The position numbers were made by a program, and so were the translations under genes. DNA of 64,000 nucleotides from the human T2T-CHM13v2.0 reference genome, Homo sapiens, in the NCBI RefSeq assembly GCF_009914755.1, contig NC_060931.1; one strand, written 5' to 3'. Below are positions 63,117-64,000 of the stretch, one piece after another; within the stretch, counting starts at the first letter, position 1; each line of letters starts with the position of its first letter. The notes under the pieces are model-generated. The model was not told the origin of the DNA. It ran no database searches and saw only the letters and a list, made by a program, of their open reading frames with translations.

Positions 63117-64000
63117 GAGTTCTCAGTAACTTTTTTGTGTTGTGTGTATTCAACTCACAGAGTTGAACCTTGCTTTAGAGAGAGCAGATTTGAAACACTC
63201 TTGCTGTGGCATTTTCAGGTGGAGATTTCAAGCGATTTGAGGACAATTGCAGAAAAGGAAATATCTTCGTATAATAACCAGACAGAATCATTCTCAGAAA
63301 GTGCTTTGTGATGTGTGCGTTCAACTCACAGAGTTTAACCTTTCTTTTCATAGAGGAGTTTGGAAACACACTGTTTGTAAAGTCTGCAATTGGATATATG
63401 GACCTGTTTGAGGCCTTCGTTGGAAACGGGATTTCTTCATTGAATGCTAGACGGAAGAATTCTCAGTAAATTCTTTGTGTTGTGTGCATTCAACTCACAG
63501 AGTGGAACGTCCCTTTAGACAGAGCAGATTTGAAACACTCTTTTTGCGGAATTTGCAAGTGGAGATTTCTAGCCATTTGATGCCAACAGTAGAAAGGGAA
63601 ATATCTTCAAATAAAAACCAGACAGAATCATTCTCAGAAAATTCTTTGTGATGTGTGCGTTCAACTCACATAGTTTAACCTTTCTTTTCATAGAGCAGTT
63701 TGGAAACACTCTGTTTGTAAAGTCTGCAAGTGGATCTATGGACCGCATTGAGGCCTTCGTTGGAAACGGGATTTCTTCATTTCATGCTAGACAGAAGAAT
63801 TCTCAGTAACTTCTTTGTGCTGTGTGTATTCAACTCACAGAGTGGAACGTCCCTTTACACAGAGCAGATTTGAAACACTCGTTTTGTGGAGTTTGCAAGT
63901 GGAGATTTCAAGCGATTTGATGCCAACAGTAGAAAAGGAAGTATCTTCAAATAAAAACTAGACAGAATCATTCTCAGAAACTACTTTGTGATGTGTGCCT

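Larger units (their letters stand above)
1..64000 (+). repeat. Centromeric alpha-satellite HOR array, dimeric SF1 type, 6-monomer 1022 bp HOR (probably human chr7 D7Z1)
   Basis: Typical alphoid monomer motifs (cattctcagaaa, ttcaactcacagag, tttgaaacactc) recur every ~170 bp, and CENP-B boxes occur in alternate monomers. Near-identical ORF anchors recur at 1022 bp (831, 1853, 2875, 3897...). Orientation is constant end to end. The alphoid/HOR call is near certain; the D7Z1 assignment is from recall of a ~1.02 kb 6-mer with ~340/680 bp EcoRI fragments and is less certain (~0.8). Confidence 0.98.
55100..64000 (+). repeat. Module repeated at +4770 bp and again after a further +2726 bp (three copies; second truncated, third cut by window end)
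   Basis: The tgtacctc-marked 4-mer occurs at 55563, 60333 and 63059. ttctttgag, ttcattgc, cgtttga, gttgtctgc and gtgcagttt are shared at +4770. Confidence 0.85.

Noticed and set aside
411-63369. About 200 short ORFs (63-89 aa) on both strands
   Set aside because: They are the same few frames recurring with the 1022 bp period. They overlap on opposite strands, often begin at non-ATG codons, are made or broken by single SNPs and resemble no protein family I recognise.
1-64000. CRISPR-like regular short repeats (e.g. the 17 bp box every ~340 bp)
   Set aside because: The intervening sequence is itself repeated, with no unique spacers and no cas genes.
1-64000. Transposon (L1/Alu) insertion or inversion
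   Set aside because: Anchor spacings account for all bases from 831 to 63175 as 1022, 1021, 1020 or 682 bp units in one orientation, and the ends are also alphoid.
1-64000. Assignment to other SF1 arrays (e.g. the chr1/5/19 shared array) or to a computationally modelled centromere
   Set aside because: The three well-differentiated dimers fit D7Z1 better from recall, and multi-kb linkage of rare variants argues for a real assembly. An HMM or BLAST search is needed to settle both points.
1-64000. Claim that the window is the kinetochore site or holds a novel biological system
   Set aside because: CENP-A position is epigenetic and cannot be read from sequence. Everything seen fits known satellite turnover processes.

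Overview
The whole 64 kb is a single-orientation, uninterrupted array of primate centromeric alpha-satellite. It is built from ~170 bp monomers in dimers (340+342+340 bp, here called A, B, C) that form a 1022 bp six-monomer higher-order repeat (HOR), with a CENP-B box in every second monomer. This is the dimeric SF1 organisation, and from recall it best fits the human chromosome 7 live array D7Z1 (not verified by search). Between positions 831 and 63175 I count 55 six-mers (52 x 1022, 2 x 1021, 1 x 1020 bp) and nine 682 bp four-mer variants of two kinds. There are no credible genes, RNA genes, transposons, inversions or CRISPR arrays; the ORF track only reflects the repeat period. I found no new gene-encoded system. 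The informative signal is array evolution: nested tandem duplications of 2044, 3066, 4088 (x3), 4430, 4770 and ~5792 bp, a duplication breakpoint that created a new four-mer, a single-origin four-mer lineage, very short conversion patches, and frequent loss of one specific CENP-B box. All counts and boundaries were made by eye.
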